Positions 1 through 9,552 are shown, counted from the first letter of the stretch. The stretch is DNA of 50,120 nucleotides from an uncultured Chthoniobacterales bacterium (GCA_937924445.1 CALDSX010000003.1:1-50120); one strand, 5' to 3'. Translations and numbers: made by a program. Notes: generated from the sequence alone by a model not told the origin.

Positions 1-22
1 ATCTCGCCTCCGCCAAAAATCG

Positions 23-364
23 GTGCGAAGGTTCGTGTATCGTTTTGTACGGTCGCGGGAGTGCTTGTTTTTTTCACACATCACCATGCATCAAACCCCT
101 CCGTGCAAAACGACTTTGTTCTATCGCCGTTTTCGGGGTAAGAACACTTTTGAGTCTCCATTTTATTTCACGCCGCGACCATCATTGGCGCCGCAGTGGT
201 ATGCAATTTTTGAACAGTGTCCTTTCGCAATCAGCGATACGTTCTTTTACCGATCTTATGGCTCCGCAAAAATTTACGGAGTGGCGCATCCACATCGAAT
301 CAAACTTGGTGGCAACCGGTTCCGTTATCGTCCGTTGAAAGTTCTCCGCAAAGCCTTCGGCTGA
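23..364 (+). CDS. rnpA: putative ribonuclease P protein component (RnpA); the ORF ends right after the basic RNR-like helix, possibly frameshifted and continuing in the +1 frame to 473
   Basis: Sits directly upstream of yidD-yidC-jag, the conserved rnpA-yidD-yidC-jag order. Weak RnpA-like motifs LFYRRFRGKNTFESPFYF and GNRFRYRPLKVLRKAF. ATG at 86 is an alternative start. Assignment is by eye only. Confidence 0.35.
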   Translation: MRRFVYRFVRSRECLFFSHITMHQTPPCKTTLFYRRFRGKNTFESPFYFTPRPSLAPQWYAIFEQCPFAISDTFFYRSYGSAKIYGVAHPHRIKLGGNRFRYRPLKVLRKAFG

Positions 365-520
365 GGCCTTCGCGGACTCTTCTCTCGCCTTGGCAAAAAC
401 ACGGATAATCAGCACATCCGATGATCGCCTAGAAAAGTGCCTTTTTGTGTGGAAGAGCAAAGGCAGCAAATAAAACACGATGTTGCGTGGAGCCAGGCTT
501 CCCTCTATCCTTTGTTTTAC

Positions 521-868
521 ATGCGAAACATCCTCGTCGCCCTTATTCGTTTATATCAGATCATTGGTGTACCTTTTCTCAGAGCTCTTACAGGGAGCGC
601 CGGAAGTTGCAGGTTCATGCCTTCCTGTTCCAACTACGCGATCGAAGCCCTAAAGTTGCATGGAAGCATCGGCGGCTCTTTACTCGCCGCATGGAGGATT
701 TTGCGTTGCAATCCCTGGGGAGGATTTGGTCATGACCCCGTGCCCCCGCGTCGAAACGGTGTCTGGATCGAACCGGAGCGAGCTTCCTCACTTCCTGGGC
801 TTTTTTTATCGCCGGGGCAAAAGGATTTTCCTCTAGTCGGCCGAGTTCCTCGATCTGGTAAGCCATAA
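521..868 (+). CDS. yidD: membrane protein insertion efficiency factor YidD
   Basis: Hallmark [16 protein letters not shown] and [17 protein letters not shown] at 521 ([13 protein letters not shown]) preferred over the upstream in-frame start at 437. Adjacent to yidC. Confidence 0.85.
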   Translation: MRNILVALIRLYQIIGVPFLRALTGSAGSCRFMPSCSNYAIEALKLHGSIGGSLLAAWRILRCNPWGGFGHDPVPPRRNGVWIEPERASSLPGLFLSPGQKDFPLVGRVPRSGKP

Positions 869-890
869 GCACAATTGAACGAATTTTCTA

Positions 891-2741
891 ATGGATCGCA
901 CTTCCTGGATTGCTATCATTCTCTCCATCGCTGGACTTTTCTGGTGGAACTACACCTACTCAAAACGTCAGGCAGAACGTCTGGCCGAATATCGGAAACA
1001 GCTTGCTGCCGCCCAAGAAGCCGCAGCTCGAAGCGGGGCAAACCGGGAAGCCATCGAAGCATCAAAAGAGTCGGCCGCTCAATCGTATGCCAATTTAGAC
1101 TCGGATTCCCAAGGCCCACCCGTCGACCAAGAAAAGAAGACGTCTCCCACCGAGCAGACCTTAAGCATAAGAAGTCCAGAAGGATCGCTGGAGTATCTCT
1201 TCACAAGCCGAGGCGGCATTGCATCCGTGCGTCTTCTCAAGCATCTTGCGGATAAGAATTCCGAGGAGAAGCATATCCTTATAAATCCTCTTGGATCTTG
1301 GCCAATAGGTGCGCTTTTTGACGAGAATGACGCCATCCAGAAAGTGTTCACGTTGAAACCCGCTCAAGACTCTTCTTCTGTGGTGCTAGAGGGGACTGAA
1401 GGCGCGACGATCATTCGCAAAGTGTTCAGGCTGCCTCCCGTTGAGCCAACAAAAGATCCCTACGTAACAGAGCTCGAAATCACCTGGATTAATCGCTCCA
1501 AAGAAACCGCCAAGATCCCACCCAAATTTTTGTCTGTTGGCGAGCTTTCCCCAATCCACAAAAATGATCAGCCTATTTACACAGGTCTGGACTACTACCG
1601 CAACGGAGGCGTTCGTCACGTGGCAGTAAATTGGTTCGATTCACAGCGGATCCCTCTCCTCGGTATCGAAACCAGATCGGCGCAACAGATCTACAAAAAC
1701 ACCGAGGAGCAAATTGACTGGGTTGGAGTGCGCAACCAATTCTTCGCTTCTTTGCTGACTCCGCGCGATGCAAAGGCGTCAGGAGTCTGGGCAAGACGAT
1801 TGAGGCTGCTTGAGCTTAATGACGAACCTTTGAATGGACGTCTGGTTTACGGCATCGAGGGTGCTCTGCGCCTCCCTGATCTGGAAATTCCAGCCGGAGA
1901 AAAAATAACACGCTCCTTTCAGATTTACACTGGCCCACGCGAACTCTCACGGCTTCAGAAACTCAAACAAAATGAAGCCGACATCATGAACTACGGCATG
2001 TTCAAAATTATCAGCGAGATACTTCTGCATTCAATGAACGGCCTCAAGTCGCTCACAGGCAACTATGCCACTGCCATCCTCTTGCTCACCGTCATTATCA
2101 AGCTCCTTCTCTATCCTCTGCAAAATGCTGCAACTCTGCAGATGAAGCGGATGTCGTTGCTCTCGCCAAAGATGACCGAGTTGAGAGAAAAATACAAGAC
2201 AAACCCACAAAAGATGAATGAGGAGATAATGAAGCTGTATAAAGAATATGGCGTCAATCCCTTCTCGGGCTGCCTCCCTATGTTCATTCAAATTCCGATT
2301 TTTTTCGGCTTCTTTGGAATGCTAGGCACAGCCGTCGAACTTCGTAACTCTGGTTTTCTTTGGGTGCAGGATCTCTCTCAGCCGGACACCGTTTTCCGGA
2401 TCGGCTCGATCCCCATCAACATCCTCCCCATCATCATGGCAGTCACTATGTTTTGGCAAATGGCCATTACTCCAAAAACCGGTGACAAAATGCAACAGCG
2501 GGTTTTTATGTTTATGCCGCTGATTTTTATTCTTTTCTGTTACAACTACGCTTCCGCGCTGGCCCTCTATTGGACCGCCCAAAATCTCTTCTCAATCGTT
2601 CAACTCTACCTCACCCGGGACCAACCAATGCCGGAATTGAAAAAAGTTCAGCCAGCAGCCACCCTTTCTTCGGAGAAGCATGCCCGAAGAAAAAAAGGTC
2701 CCTCCGGCACTTTACCCGGACGACCGGGAGGACGCTCCTGA
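891..2741 (+). CDS. yidC: membrane protein insertase YidC
   Basis: 616 aa with an N-terminal TM helix, a large periplasmic domain and the YidC/Oxa1 core (LLLTVIIKLLLYPL, MKLYKEYGVNPFSGCLPMFIQIPIFFGFF, YWTAQNLFSIVQ). Confidence 0.95.
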   Translation: MDRTSWIAIILSIAGLFWWNYTYSKRQAERLAEYRKQLAAAQEAAARSGANREAIEASKESAAQSYANLDSDSQGPPVDQEKKTSPTEQTLSIRSPEGSLEYLFTSRGGIASVRLLKHLADKNSEEKHILINPLGSWPIGALFDENDAIQKVFTLKPAQDSSSVVLEGTEGATIIRKVFRLPPVEPTKDPYVTELEITWINRSKETAKIPPKFLSVGELSPIHKNDQPIYTGLDYYRNGGVRHVAVNWFDSQRIPLLGIETRSAQQIYKNTEEQIDWVGVRNQFFASLLTPRDAKASGVWARRLRLLELNDEPLNGRLVYGIEGALRLPDLEIPAGEKITRSFQIYTGPRELSRLQKLKQNEADIMNYGMFKIISEILLHSMNGLKSLTGNYATAILLLTVIIKLLLYPLQNAATLQMKRMSLLSPKMTELREKYKTNPQKMNEEIMKLYKEYGVNPFSGCLPMFIQIPIFFGFFGMLGTAVELRNSGFLWVQDLSQPDTVFRIGSIPINILPIIMAVTMFWQMAITPKTGDKMQQRVFMFMPLIFILFCYNYASALALYWTAQNLFSIVQLYLTRDQPMPELKKVQPAATLSSEKHARRKKGPSGTLPGRPGGRS

Positions 2742-2810
2742 ACCAGGGTTGACCTAAGGCGTTACTCGATGAAAAATATGAAATCGAACAAACTAGAAAT
2801 TTGATTTGCC

Positions 2811-3338
2811 ATGCCGGAGCGAGAACCTATGCCGCCCAAAGATATACTCGATACCATGCTCGGTTTTCTGGGTTTTGGGGCAGACATTCAGGAGTCTTAC
2901 GACGAGGCCGGGCATCTCACTCTGCAGATCTATATGAACGAACCAGGGCGACTCATTGGTCCGCACGGGGAAACGCTGCACAATCTCCAAACTCTGCTGA
3001 ACCGTATATTGAATTCCACCGACCCCAATGCCCCACGCGTAACGGTAGATATCGAACACTATCGCACGATGCGACAAGATGGCCTTCTCTCACGTGTGAT
3101 GGCTCGGGCGGAACGGGTTCGCCTCACCGGTCGGCCTATCACGCTTGAGCCGATGAACAGCTACGACCGGAGGATCATTCATAATGCTTTTAAGGATGAC
3201 CCCGAACTTGAAGCTTCCAGCCCGCCAGGTGACCGGCGCATGAAATCAATGACGATCCGTCGTCGCCGGACGGGCAATCCACATCGGAACGACCCAGCCG
3301 GGCAAAGCAACAAGAGCGAACCAAAAGTCGGTCAGTGA
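2811..3338 (+). CDS. jag: Jag/KhpB-type RNA-binding protein (KH + R3H)
   Basis: KH-like GRLIGPHGETLHNLQTLLN and R3H-like LEPMNSYDRRIIHNAF. Conserved position after yidC. Confidence 0.85.
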   Translation: MPEREPMPPKDILDTMLGFLGFGADIQESYDEAGHLTLQIYMNEPGRLIGPHGETLHNLQTLLNRILNSTDPNAPRVTVDIEHYRTMRQDGLLSRVMARAERVRLTGRPITLEPMNSYDRRIIHNAFKDDPELEASSPPGDRRMKSMTIRRRRTGNPHRNDPAGQSNKSEPKVGQ

Positions 3339-4825
3339 ACAGACACTCTTTAGACCAAGCATCCGACCTTCGCCTGTACCCGAGTCATGAATGTGGCGTC
3401 TTTGCCATCTTTGGTCATCCCGACGCGGCGGCCATCACTTACTATGGGCTTTATGCTCTTCAGCATCGCGGTCAGGAAAGCGCGGGGATCGTCTCTGCAA
3501 ATGGCTCCGAATCCCCCTTCAAAGTGCATAAAGGCATGGGGCTTGTTTCGCAAGTCTTCGGCGAGTCAGACCTCGAGAGACTACGAAACACGCGCGCCAT
3601 CGGGCATGTTCGTTACTCCACCACCGGCTCAAGCCATATCAAAAACGCTCAGCCTCTTCTAATAGATTGCGCCCGAGGTCAAATCGCCATCGGCCACAAC
3701 GGAAATCTCGTTAACGCCGCCCTCCTCCGCGAGGAACTCGAAGCCGCAGGCTCGATCTTCCAGACCAGCACCGACAGCGAAATTATTCTTCATCTCCTTG
3801 CTCGACCCACCAAGAGCGACACTCCGCTTCTCTCTGCCGTGCGCCAAATCCAGGGAGCCTTTTCCCTTATCATCATGAGCGAGAACGAAATCGTCGGCCT
3901 GCGCGACCCGTTTGGTTTCCGCCCTCTTGTGCTTGGCAGTCTCGATGGAGCCTACGTGCTCGCCTCCGAAACCTGCGCACTCGATCTTATTCATGCCAAA
4001 TTCATTCGCGAAATAGATCCTGGCGAAGTAATCATCATCTCCGAAGATGGAATTCGCTCCGAATGGCCTTTTCGCCCTGAAAGAGCGGCGTTCTGCATGT
4101 TTGAATTTGTTTACTTTTCCAGGCCCGACAGCGTCATCAGCGACATGGTCGTTGCCAAGGCCCGCGTCGAAATGGGGCGTGAACTGGCCCGGCAGCACCG
4201 AGTGAATGCGGATATCGTAGTGCCAGTTCCTGACTCTGGAAACTACGCCGCCCTAGGGCTCGCCGAAGAACTCGGCATCCCCTGCGAGTTCGCCTTTGTC
4301 CGCAATCATTACATCGGACGAACGTTCCTTCAGCCCACACAGCTTATCCGTGATTTTGATGTCAGGGTTAAACTGAATCTCATCAGCGAAATGGTGCGAG
4401 GCAAAAGAGTGGTAGTGGTTGACGATTCCATCGTGCGCGGCACCACTGCACGTGCACGCGTGGTGAACCTCCGCGAAGCCGGAGCCACAGAAGTCCACAT
4501 GCGCGTCAGTTGTCCGCCTCATCGTTATGCCTGTCATTATGGGATTGATTTTCCCGATCCAGAAAAGCTTCTCGCCAACCAACTTTCCCACGATGAAATA
4601 TGTAAATATCTCGACGTGGACAGTCTCGGCTATCTTGACATAGACGCCATGGTGTGCGCGACTGGCTTGCCAAAAACCCACTTCTGCCTCGCCTGTTTTG
4701 ACGGTAAATATCCCATCCCGTTCGACCCTGAACTTGATAAGTTTATTATGGAGAAACGACGCACCCGGGAGAAGCTTCTTGCGCGTTTTGACGAACAACC
4801 AAGTCTTTTCTCTCAAACAAAATGA
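3335..4825 (+). CDS. purF: amidophosphoribosyltransferase
   Basis: GTG start overlaps the jag stop (GTGA). Ntn nucleophile motif CGVFAIFG after a short propeptide. PRTase motif VVVVDDSIVRGTT. 496 aa. Confidence 0.95.
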   Translation: MNRHSLDQASDLRLYPSHECGVFAIFGHPDAAAITYYGLYALQHRGQESAGIVSANGSESPFKVHKGMGLVSQVFGESDLERLRNTRAIGHVRYSTTGSSHIKNAQPLLIDCARGQIAIGHNGNLVNAALLREELEAAGSIFQTSTDSEIILHLLARPTKSDTPLLSAVRQIQGAFSLIIMSENEIVGLRDPFGFRPLVLGSLDGAYVLASETCALDLIHAKFIREIDPGEVIIISEDGIRSEWPFRPERAAFCMFEFVYFSRPDSVISDMVVAKARVEMGRELARQHRVNADIVVPVPDSGNYAALGLAEELGIPCEFAFVRNHYIGRTFLQPTQLIRDFDVRVKLNLISEMVRGKRVVVVDDSIVRGTTARARVVNLREAGATEVHMRVSCPPHRYACHYGIDFPDPEKLLANQLSHDEICKYLDVDSLGYLDIDAMVCATGLPKTHFCLACFDGKYPIPFDPELDKFIMEKRRTREKLLARFDEQPSLFSQTK

Positions 4826-5625
4826 ATCTTTTTGCCCTTTCCGACAATGTGGCGGTTGTTATTGGCGGAACCGCAGTCATCGGAGGGGCCATTGCGGAAG
4901 GACTCGCCTCCGCCGGAGCGCGCCTTGCCATCGTCAGGCGCAGTTCAGAACGCGGCCATGCCTGTGTTAACAGGATTAAAGAGAAAGATGGCCAAGCGGC
5001 GTTCTTCTGGGCGGACGCTTCATCCAAAGAAAGTCTCCTCAATGCAAAATTAATGATCGAGCAGACTCTTGGATCTCCTTCAATCCTCGTAAATGCCGCA
5101 GGCGGAAACGATCCCAAAGCTACCGTAACTCCCGAACAATCTGTGGAAGCGATCTCGGTTCCCAGCTGGATGGCAACGTTCGACCTCAACCTCGTCAGTG
5201 GAGCTCTCCTCCCCTGCCAAGTGTTCGGCTCAAGTATGCTCGCACTTCTGAAAGGCAGCATCATCAATATCGCCAGCGTCTCCGCCCACCTCCCCCTCTC
5301 GCGCGTCGTCGCCTATTCCGCCGCCAAAGCCGCAGTTTTGAATTTTACCCAGTTTCTTGCCCGCGAATGGGCACCCCACGGGGTTCGTGTTAACTCTATC
5401 ACCCCTGGCTTTTTTCCGGCTGAACAAAATTACCGCCTTCTCTTTAATGAAGACGGCTCTCCAACTCCGCGCGCGGCCGCCATTCTAGACCACACTCCCA
5501 TGCACCGTTTCGGCCAACCACATGAACTGGTCGGTGCCGCCGTTTTCCTCGCCAGCCCCGCTGCCAGTTTCGTGACCGGCATTGACCTCCGCGTGGACGG
5601 CGGATTTCTCTCCCAAACCATCTAA
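4822..5625 (+). CDS. SDR family oxidoreductase
   Basis: ATGA overlap with purF. Gly-rich Rossmann motif VIGGTAVIGGAIA, catalytic YSAAK, NAAG and ITPGFF motifs. 267 aa. Confidence 0.9.
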   Translation: MNLFALSDNVAVVIGGTAVIGGAIAEGLASAGARLAIVRRSSERGHACVNRIKEKDGQAAFFWADASSKESLLNAKLMIEQTLGSPSILVNAAGGNDPKATVTPEQSVEAISVPSWMATFDLNLVSGALLPCQVFGSSMLALLKGSIINIASVSAHLPLSRVVAYSAAKAAVLNFTQFLAREWAPHGVRVNSITPGFFPAEQNYRLLFNEDGSPTPRAAAILDHTPMHRFGQPHELVGAAVFLASPAASFVTGIDLRVDGGFLSQTI

Positions 5626-5651
5626 GCAACATCACAACATATCATCTAGCC

Positions 5652-7124
5652 ATGGAAGCCATAGCCGATATCGCCGTCTCAGGACTCGCTGTCATGGGGC
5701 AAAATCTCATTCTCAACATGAACGATCATGGGGTTACCGTTGCTGCCCATAACCGAACCGCCTCCAAAGTGGACGACTTCTTGGCAAACGAGGCCAGAGG
5801 AACCAAAGTCATCGGTGCCAAAACCATTCCTGAAATGGTGGCCCTGCTCAAGCGACCGCGCCGTGTCATGTGTATGGTAAAGGCAGGAAAACCAGTGGAT
5901 GAATTTATCGACCAAATCATCCCTTTTCTTGAGCCGGGAGATATCATCATAGACGGCGGCAACTCTCTTTTCCAGGACACTAATCGTCGCCAGCAATACG
6001 TAGAGTCCAAAGGTTTCCTCTTCATCGGCGCAGGGGTGTCTGGAGGGGAAGAGGGAGCACGCCATGGTCCCAGCATCATGCCCGGTGGTTCCCCGGCTGC
6101 ATGGCCACATGTGAAGGAGATATTCCAAGCCATTGCCGCCAAAGTCGAGGATGGCACTCCTTGTTGTGACTGGGTTGGCGAGATGGGCGCAGGCCACTAC
6201 GTCAAGATGGTTCATAACGGGATTGAGTACGGCGATATGCAGCTTATTTGCGAGGCTTATCACATCTTGAAACTAGGCCTCGGACTGTCCGCGGGAGAAA
6301 TGCACGAAGTCTTTGCAGAATGGAACAAAGGTCCGCTCGACAGTTATCTGATAGAAATCACACGCGATATCCTGGCAAAAAATGATGAAGACGGCACTCC
6401 GCTTGTGGACAAAATACTCGATACTGCTGGTCAAAAAGGCACGGGTAAGTGGACGGTTATCAACTCGCAGGAACTCGGTGTACCGATCACCCTCATGGCC
6501 GAAGCGGTTTATGCACGGTGCGTCTCCGCGCTCAAAGAAGAGAGGGTGCGTGCCTCTGCTCTACTTGGAGGACCTAAGCCGGCTCTCGAGGATCTTGCGT
6601 CGGTTCCTGCAAAAAAAACTGATTTCATCGAAGCCATTCGTCAGGCGCTTTACGCCTCAAAAATCATCAGTTACACCCAGGGTTATATGCTTATGAGGGC
6701 TGCTGCCAAAGAATATGGCTGGAATCTCAACTACGGCGGCATCGCTTTGTTGTGGCGCGGTGGCTGCATTATCCGCAGCGTCTTTCTTGAAAAAATAAAA
6801 GAAGCCTTTAGTAAAAATCCCGCCCTGGAAAATCTGCTTTTGGACGACTACTTCCGTTTAGAGATCGAGGCGGCACAGGCTGGTTGGCGCAACGTTGTTG
6901 CCACTGCTGCGTTGAACGGAATCCCCGCACCGGCTTTCAGCACGGCCCTTGCATACTACGACCAATATCGTTCTGCCATACTGCCTGCCAACCTTTTGCA
7001 AGCCCAGCGCGACTACTTCGGCGCCCACACATACGAACGTGTGGATCGGTCGCGTGGAGAATTTTTTCACACCAATTGGACTGGGCGTGGCGGTAAGACT
7101 GCCAGCAGCACCTATTCTGTCTGA
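5652..7124 (+). CDS. gnd: 6-phosphogluconate dehydrogenase, decarboxylating
   Basis: 490 aa. N-terminal GLAVMGQNLILNM, central HNGIEYGDMQLICEAY, C-terminal RDYFGAHTYERVD. Confidence 0.95.
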   Translation: MEAIADIAVSGLAVMGQNLILNMNDHGVTVAAHNRTASKVDDFLANEARGTKVIGAKTIPEMVALLKRPRRVMCMVKAGKPVDEFIDQIIPFLEPGDIIIDGGNSLFQDTNRRQQYVESKGFLFIGAGVSGGEEGARHGPSIMPGGSPAAWPHVKEIFQAIAAKVEDGTPCCDWVGEMGAGHYVKMVHNGIEYGDMQLICEAYHILKLGLGLSAGEMHEVFAEWNKGPLDSYLIEITRDILAKNDEDGTPLVDKILDTAGQKGTGKWTVINSQELGVPITLMAEAVYARCVSALKEERVRASALLGGPKPALEDLASVPAKKTDFIEAIRQALYASKIISYTQGYMLMRAAAKEYGWNLNYGGIALLWRGGCIIRSVFLEKIKEAFSKNPALENLLLDDYFRLEIEAAQAGWRNVVATAALNGIPAPAFSTALAYYDQYRSAILPANLLQAQRDYFGAHTYERVDRSRGEFFHTNWTGRGGKTASSTYSV

Positions 7125-7184
7125 TCCCTGAAAGCGACAGAAAATCTTAAAACCCTGGAGAAGAAGACTTTTTATTCTCAAAAC

Positions 7185-7234
7185 GTAACTGCTCAGCTGG
7201 CCGCCTCAAGGCGGGCGGCTACCTGAGCAGTTAC
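7185..7234. terminator. bidirectional hairpin between convergent gnd and cysH
   Basis: Perfect 12-bp outer arms GTAACTGCTCAG / CTGAGCAGTTAC enclose an inner CCGCC-TCAA-GGCGG hairpin. Located between the two stop codons. Confidence 0.6.
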
Positions 7235-7270
7235 TTAGAAACTAATGTTAGGTTGTTTCTCGGTATCGGT

Positions 7271-8005
7271 TCAAATGTTTTCCCCCAAAAAGGTGTGGAT
7301 ACCACATTCGGACTTATCAAAGCCCGTCCAGCGACCTGCGCGTTCGTTTTCGCCTTCAGCTGTTTTGCGAGTGCACGGAACACAGCCGATGCTTCGATAT
7401 CCTAAATCGTGAAGGGGATTGTAGGGTAGATTGTGGGTGCGTATGTGGTTCCAGACCTGTTCCCGTGTCCAGTTTGCTAGCGGGTTAAGCTTTAAGATGA
7501 CTTGGTCGCGAAGAACGTCGAATTTGTAAAGTTCGAGGATTTGGGTTTTTGCGCGTGTCTCGCTCTGCTGTCTTCTCAGACCAGTGATCCAAACATCGAG
7601 ATCGCGAAGTTTATTTTGAAGCGGGAGAACCTTGCGCAGTGAGCAGCAGAGATCAGGATTCCGCTGCCAGAGTGCGGCTCCGTATTCTGCCGCTTGCTCT
7701 TCAACGGTCAGCGTTGGTTTGACCGTTTCAATTCGAATACCTAACCGCCCTTCGATAAGACGTTTCAATTCCAGAGTTTCCGCAAACAGCAGCCCAGTGT
7801 CGAGGGTAAATATCTGGAATCCAAACCCTGCTTCGGCGGCATGATGCATGATCACAATCCCCGCTCCCTGAAAGCTCGTGCCAATACCCGCACGGATTCC
7901 AAATTCTTTCCAGCACCACGCAAGGATGTCATTCAAACAGGCGCTCTCGAACTTTGCGTTGAGCGCCTCAATATCAATCGGATGTCTGGACAGTTCAAAA
8001 GCCAT
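7271..8005 (-). CDS. cysH: phosphoadenylyl-sulfate / adenylyl-sulfate reductase (thioredoxin-dependent, Fe-S type cysteines)
   Basis: 244 aa with PAPS_reduct-like layout. Cys pairs DLCCSLRKV and SIGCVPCTR. C-terminal KSECGIH motif. Confidence 0.9.
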   Translation of the reverse strand: MAFELSRHPIDIEALNAKFESACLNDILAWCWKEFGIRAGIGTSFQGAGIVIMHHAAEAGFGFQIFTLDTGLLFAETLELKRLIEGRLGIRIETVKPTLTVEEQAAEYGAALWQRNPDLCCSLRKVLPLQNKLRDLDVWITGLRRQQSETRAKTQILELYKFDVLRDQVILKLNPLANWTREQVWNHIRTHNLPYNPLHDLGYRSIGCVPCTRKTAEGENERAGRWTGFDKSECGIHTFLGENI

Positions 8006-8361
8006 GTGACTGGAGAATGTTATAGGGCAGATCAGGACGCAAGAATCTACTCTTTTCTAAACAAGAGTGGTTGCGTCATAAAAAAGGATGTCTTGCATAA
8101 TTCCCTCTTTGTGACGTAACGTCAAAGTCCTGGTGTGGGAAGGATTGGAAAGTATGAAAATCAGGCTCGGCAATTTGAGTAAATTGCCCAAGTCAAAATA
8201 GAAGAGTTTACACCCAAACGCGCACCCCTCTCTTCGCCAGCCTTCGCCGGAGAAAAAAAACGTGACATCCTCACCGAGCCTCTGCATCACTTGGCAGGTA
8301 GACAGGTGTAATGCCGGGAGCCAGTAGAGGAATAATTGTTGCAGGCGAAAGCCTGACGTTG

Positions 8362-8964
8362 TCAGGCAGCCAGACTGATCTCACCAAGCTTATTTTCAAC
8401 AGCAGTGAAGCCCACGATTGTTCCCCAAGCGTCTTGGACTGGGTTGATCTTAACAAGCACTCGGTAGGGAGTGCCTCGCTTGTGGTAGTTGATAATCTCA
8501 CGCGTGACGGCAATACCCTCTCGGACGGCACGTCCGAGCTCTTTAGCGTCCTCGGGATCGGTAAGCGGACCTTGAAGAAAATCTCCAGGCCGTAGCCCTC
8601 GAACCTCGGCCATGGTGTAACCGCACAACGCTGTAAATGCTGTGTTGAAGCCGATGATCTTTCCCTGACGATCGGTGGTAACAATTGCGGGTATGGAAGA
8701 GATAATGTTGATGATTTTACCCCGCAGGTGGGCAGGGGGGCGTCTCAGAGGGAGAGAGCACGCAAGAGCAGATGCGAGCGTGTCATTCAGTTCAGCCGTA
8801 AATGTTGCGAGTGATGGAATCGTAGAGAGCATTTCTTCAAAGGTCTCAACCATTTCGGGGGAGATTTCGCCAAACAAATGATCAATGACAAGAGGTGTCA
8901 AAGCATCACAAGGAAAATCTCCTTCGAGATTGGAGCCTGTCTTCCTTCTGTTTTTACGTTGCAT
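8362..8964 (-). CDS. soluble PAS-domain protein with an anti-sigma-factor-like N-terminal segment (LOV-like PAS, no adduct Cys)
   Basis: C-terminal half aligns by eye with LOV/PAS cores (IVTTDRQGKIIGFNTAF...GYTMAEVRGLRPGDFLQGPLTDPED...IINYHKRGTPY...GFTAVE). N-terminal CDALTPLVIDHLFGEISPEMVETFEEML...PPAHLRGKIINII resembles anti-sigma N-domains. No TM segment seen. Confidence 0.7.
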   Translation of the reverse strand: MQRKNRRKTGSNLEGDFPCDALTPLVIDHLFGEISPEMVETFEEMLSTIPSLATFTAELNDTLASALACSLPLRRPPAHLRGKIINIISSIPAIVTTDRQGKIIGFNTAFTALCGYTMAEVRGLRPGDFLQGPLTDPEDAKELGRAVREGIAVTREIINYHKRGTPYRVLVKINPVQDAWGTIVGFTAVENKLGEISLAA

Positions 8965-9040
8965 GGCAATTTGGTGGATGCTGCAGAGGGGTGATTGTGT
9001 AGGACCGCGGGAAGGGTGCGGACAGGGTTACGTAAGAAAG

Positions 9041-9283
9041 TCAGGGTGCTTTTGGCTCGAGGATTTCCACGGCAACTTTGCGGCCCGAGTTGGCTACCAC
9101 AGCTTCAAGTAAAGAACGGATGGCCGATATGGTGCTGCCGCTCTTGCCAACAACGCGTCCGATATCGTTAGGATGGGTGCTTATTTTAAAAAAAATGAAT
9201 TCGCCATCTTCGCCTTGTGTGATTACCAGTTCATCCGGGTAATCCACAAGGCGCTTGAGGACGAATTCCAGGAACTCTTTCAT
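9041..9283 (-). CDS. khpA: KH-domain RNA-binding protein KhpA
   Basis: 80 aa with KH GxxG loop VVGKSGSTISAIRSLL. ATGA overlap with rpsP. Conserved ffh-rpsP-khpA order. Confidence 0.85.
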   Translation of the reverse strand: MKEFLEFVLKRLVDYPDELVITQGEDGEFIFFKISTHPNDIGRVVGKSGSTISAIRSLLEAVVANSGRKVAVEILEPKAP

Positions 9284-9552
9284 GCAGCGACGGCATTTTG
9301 TGCGGCTTCAGCAGCTTTTTTTGCCTTGCGAATGATTGAGCCGACGGTCTGGCTGGGTTGGGCACCGCAGGAGACCCAGTATTCAGCGCGAGCGAGGTCA
9401 AGTTGGTAATTGTGACCTTCGACTTTAGGGTCATATGTCCCGAGGATTTCGATGAAGCGTCCATCGCGTGGGAAGCGTTGGTCGGCAACAACGATTTTGT
9501 AGTGAGGTCGTTTTGAGGTGCCTTCGCGGCGGAGTCTGATAGTGACGGCCAT
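9280..9552 (-). CDS. rpsP: 30S ribosomal protein S16 (bS16)
   Basis: MAVTIRLRREGTSKRPHYKIVVADQRFPRDGRFIEILGTYDP is a canonical S16 N-terminus. 90 aa. Confidence 0.95.
   Translation of the reverse strand: MAVTIRLRREGTSKRPHYKIVVADQRFPRDGRFIEILGTYDPKVEGHNYQLDLARAEYWVSCGAQPSQTVGSIIRKAKKAAEAAQNAVAA

Noticed and set aside
353-378. 13-bp tandem duplication as the cause of the rnpA frameshift
   Set aside because: Only a 7-nt direct repeat (GCCTTCG ... GCCTTCG, 13 nt apart) is present, not a full duplicated unit. A single-nucleotide indel explains the frame change more simply.
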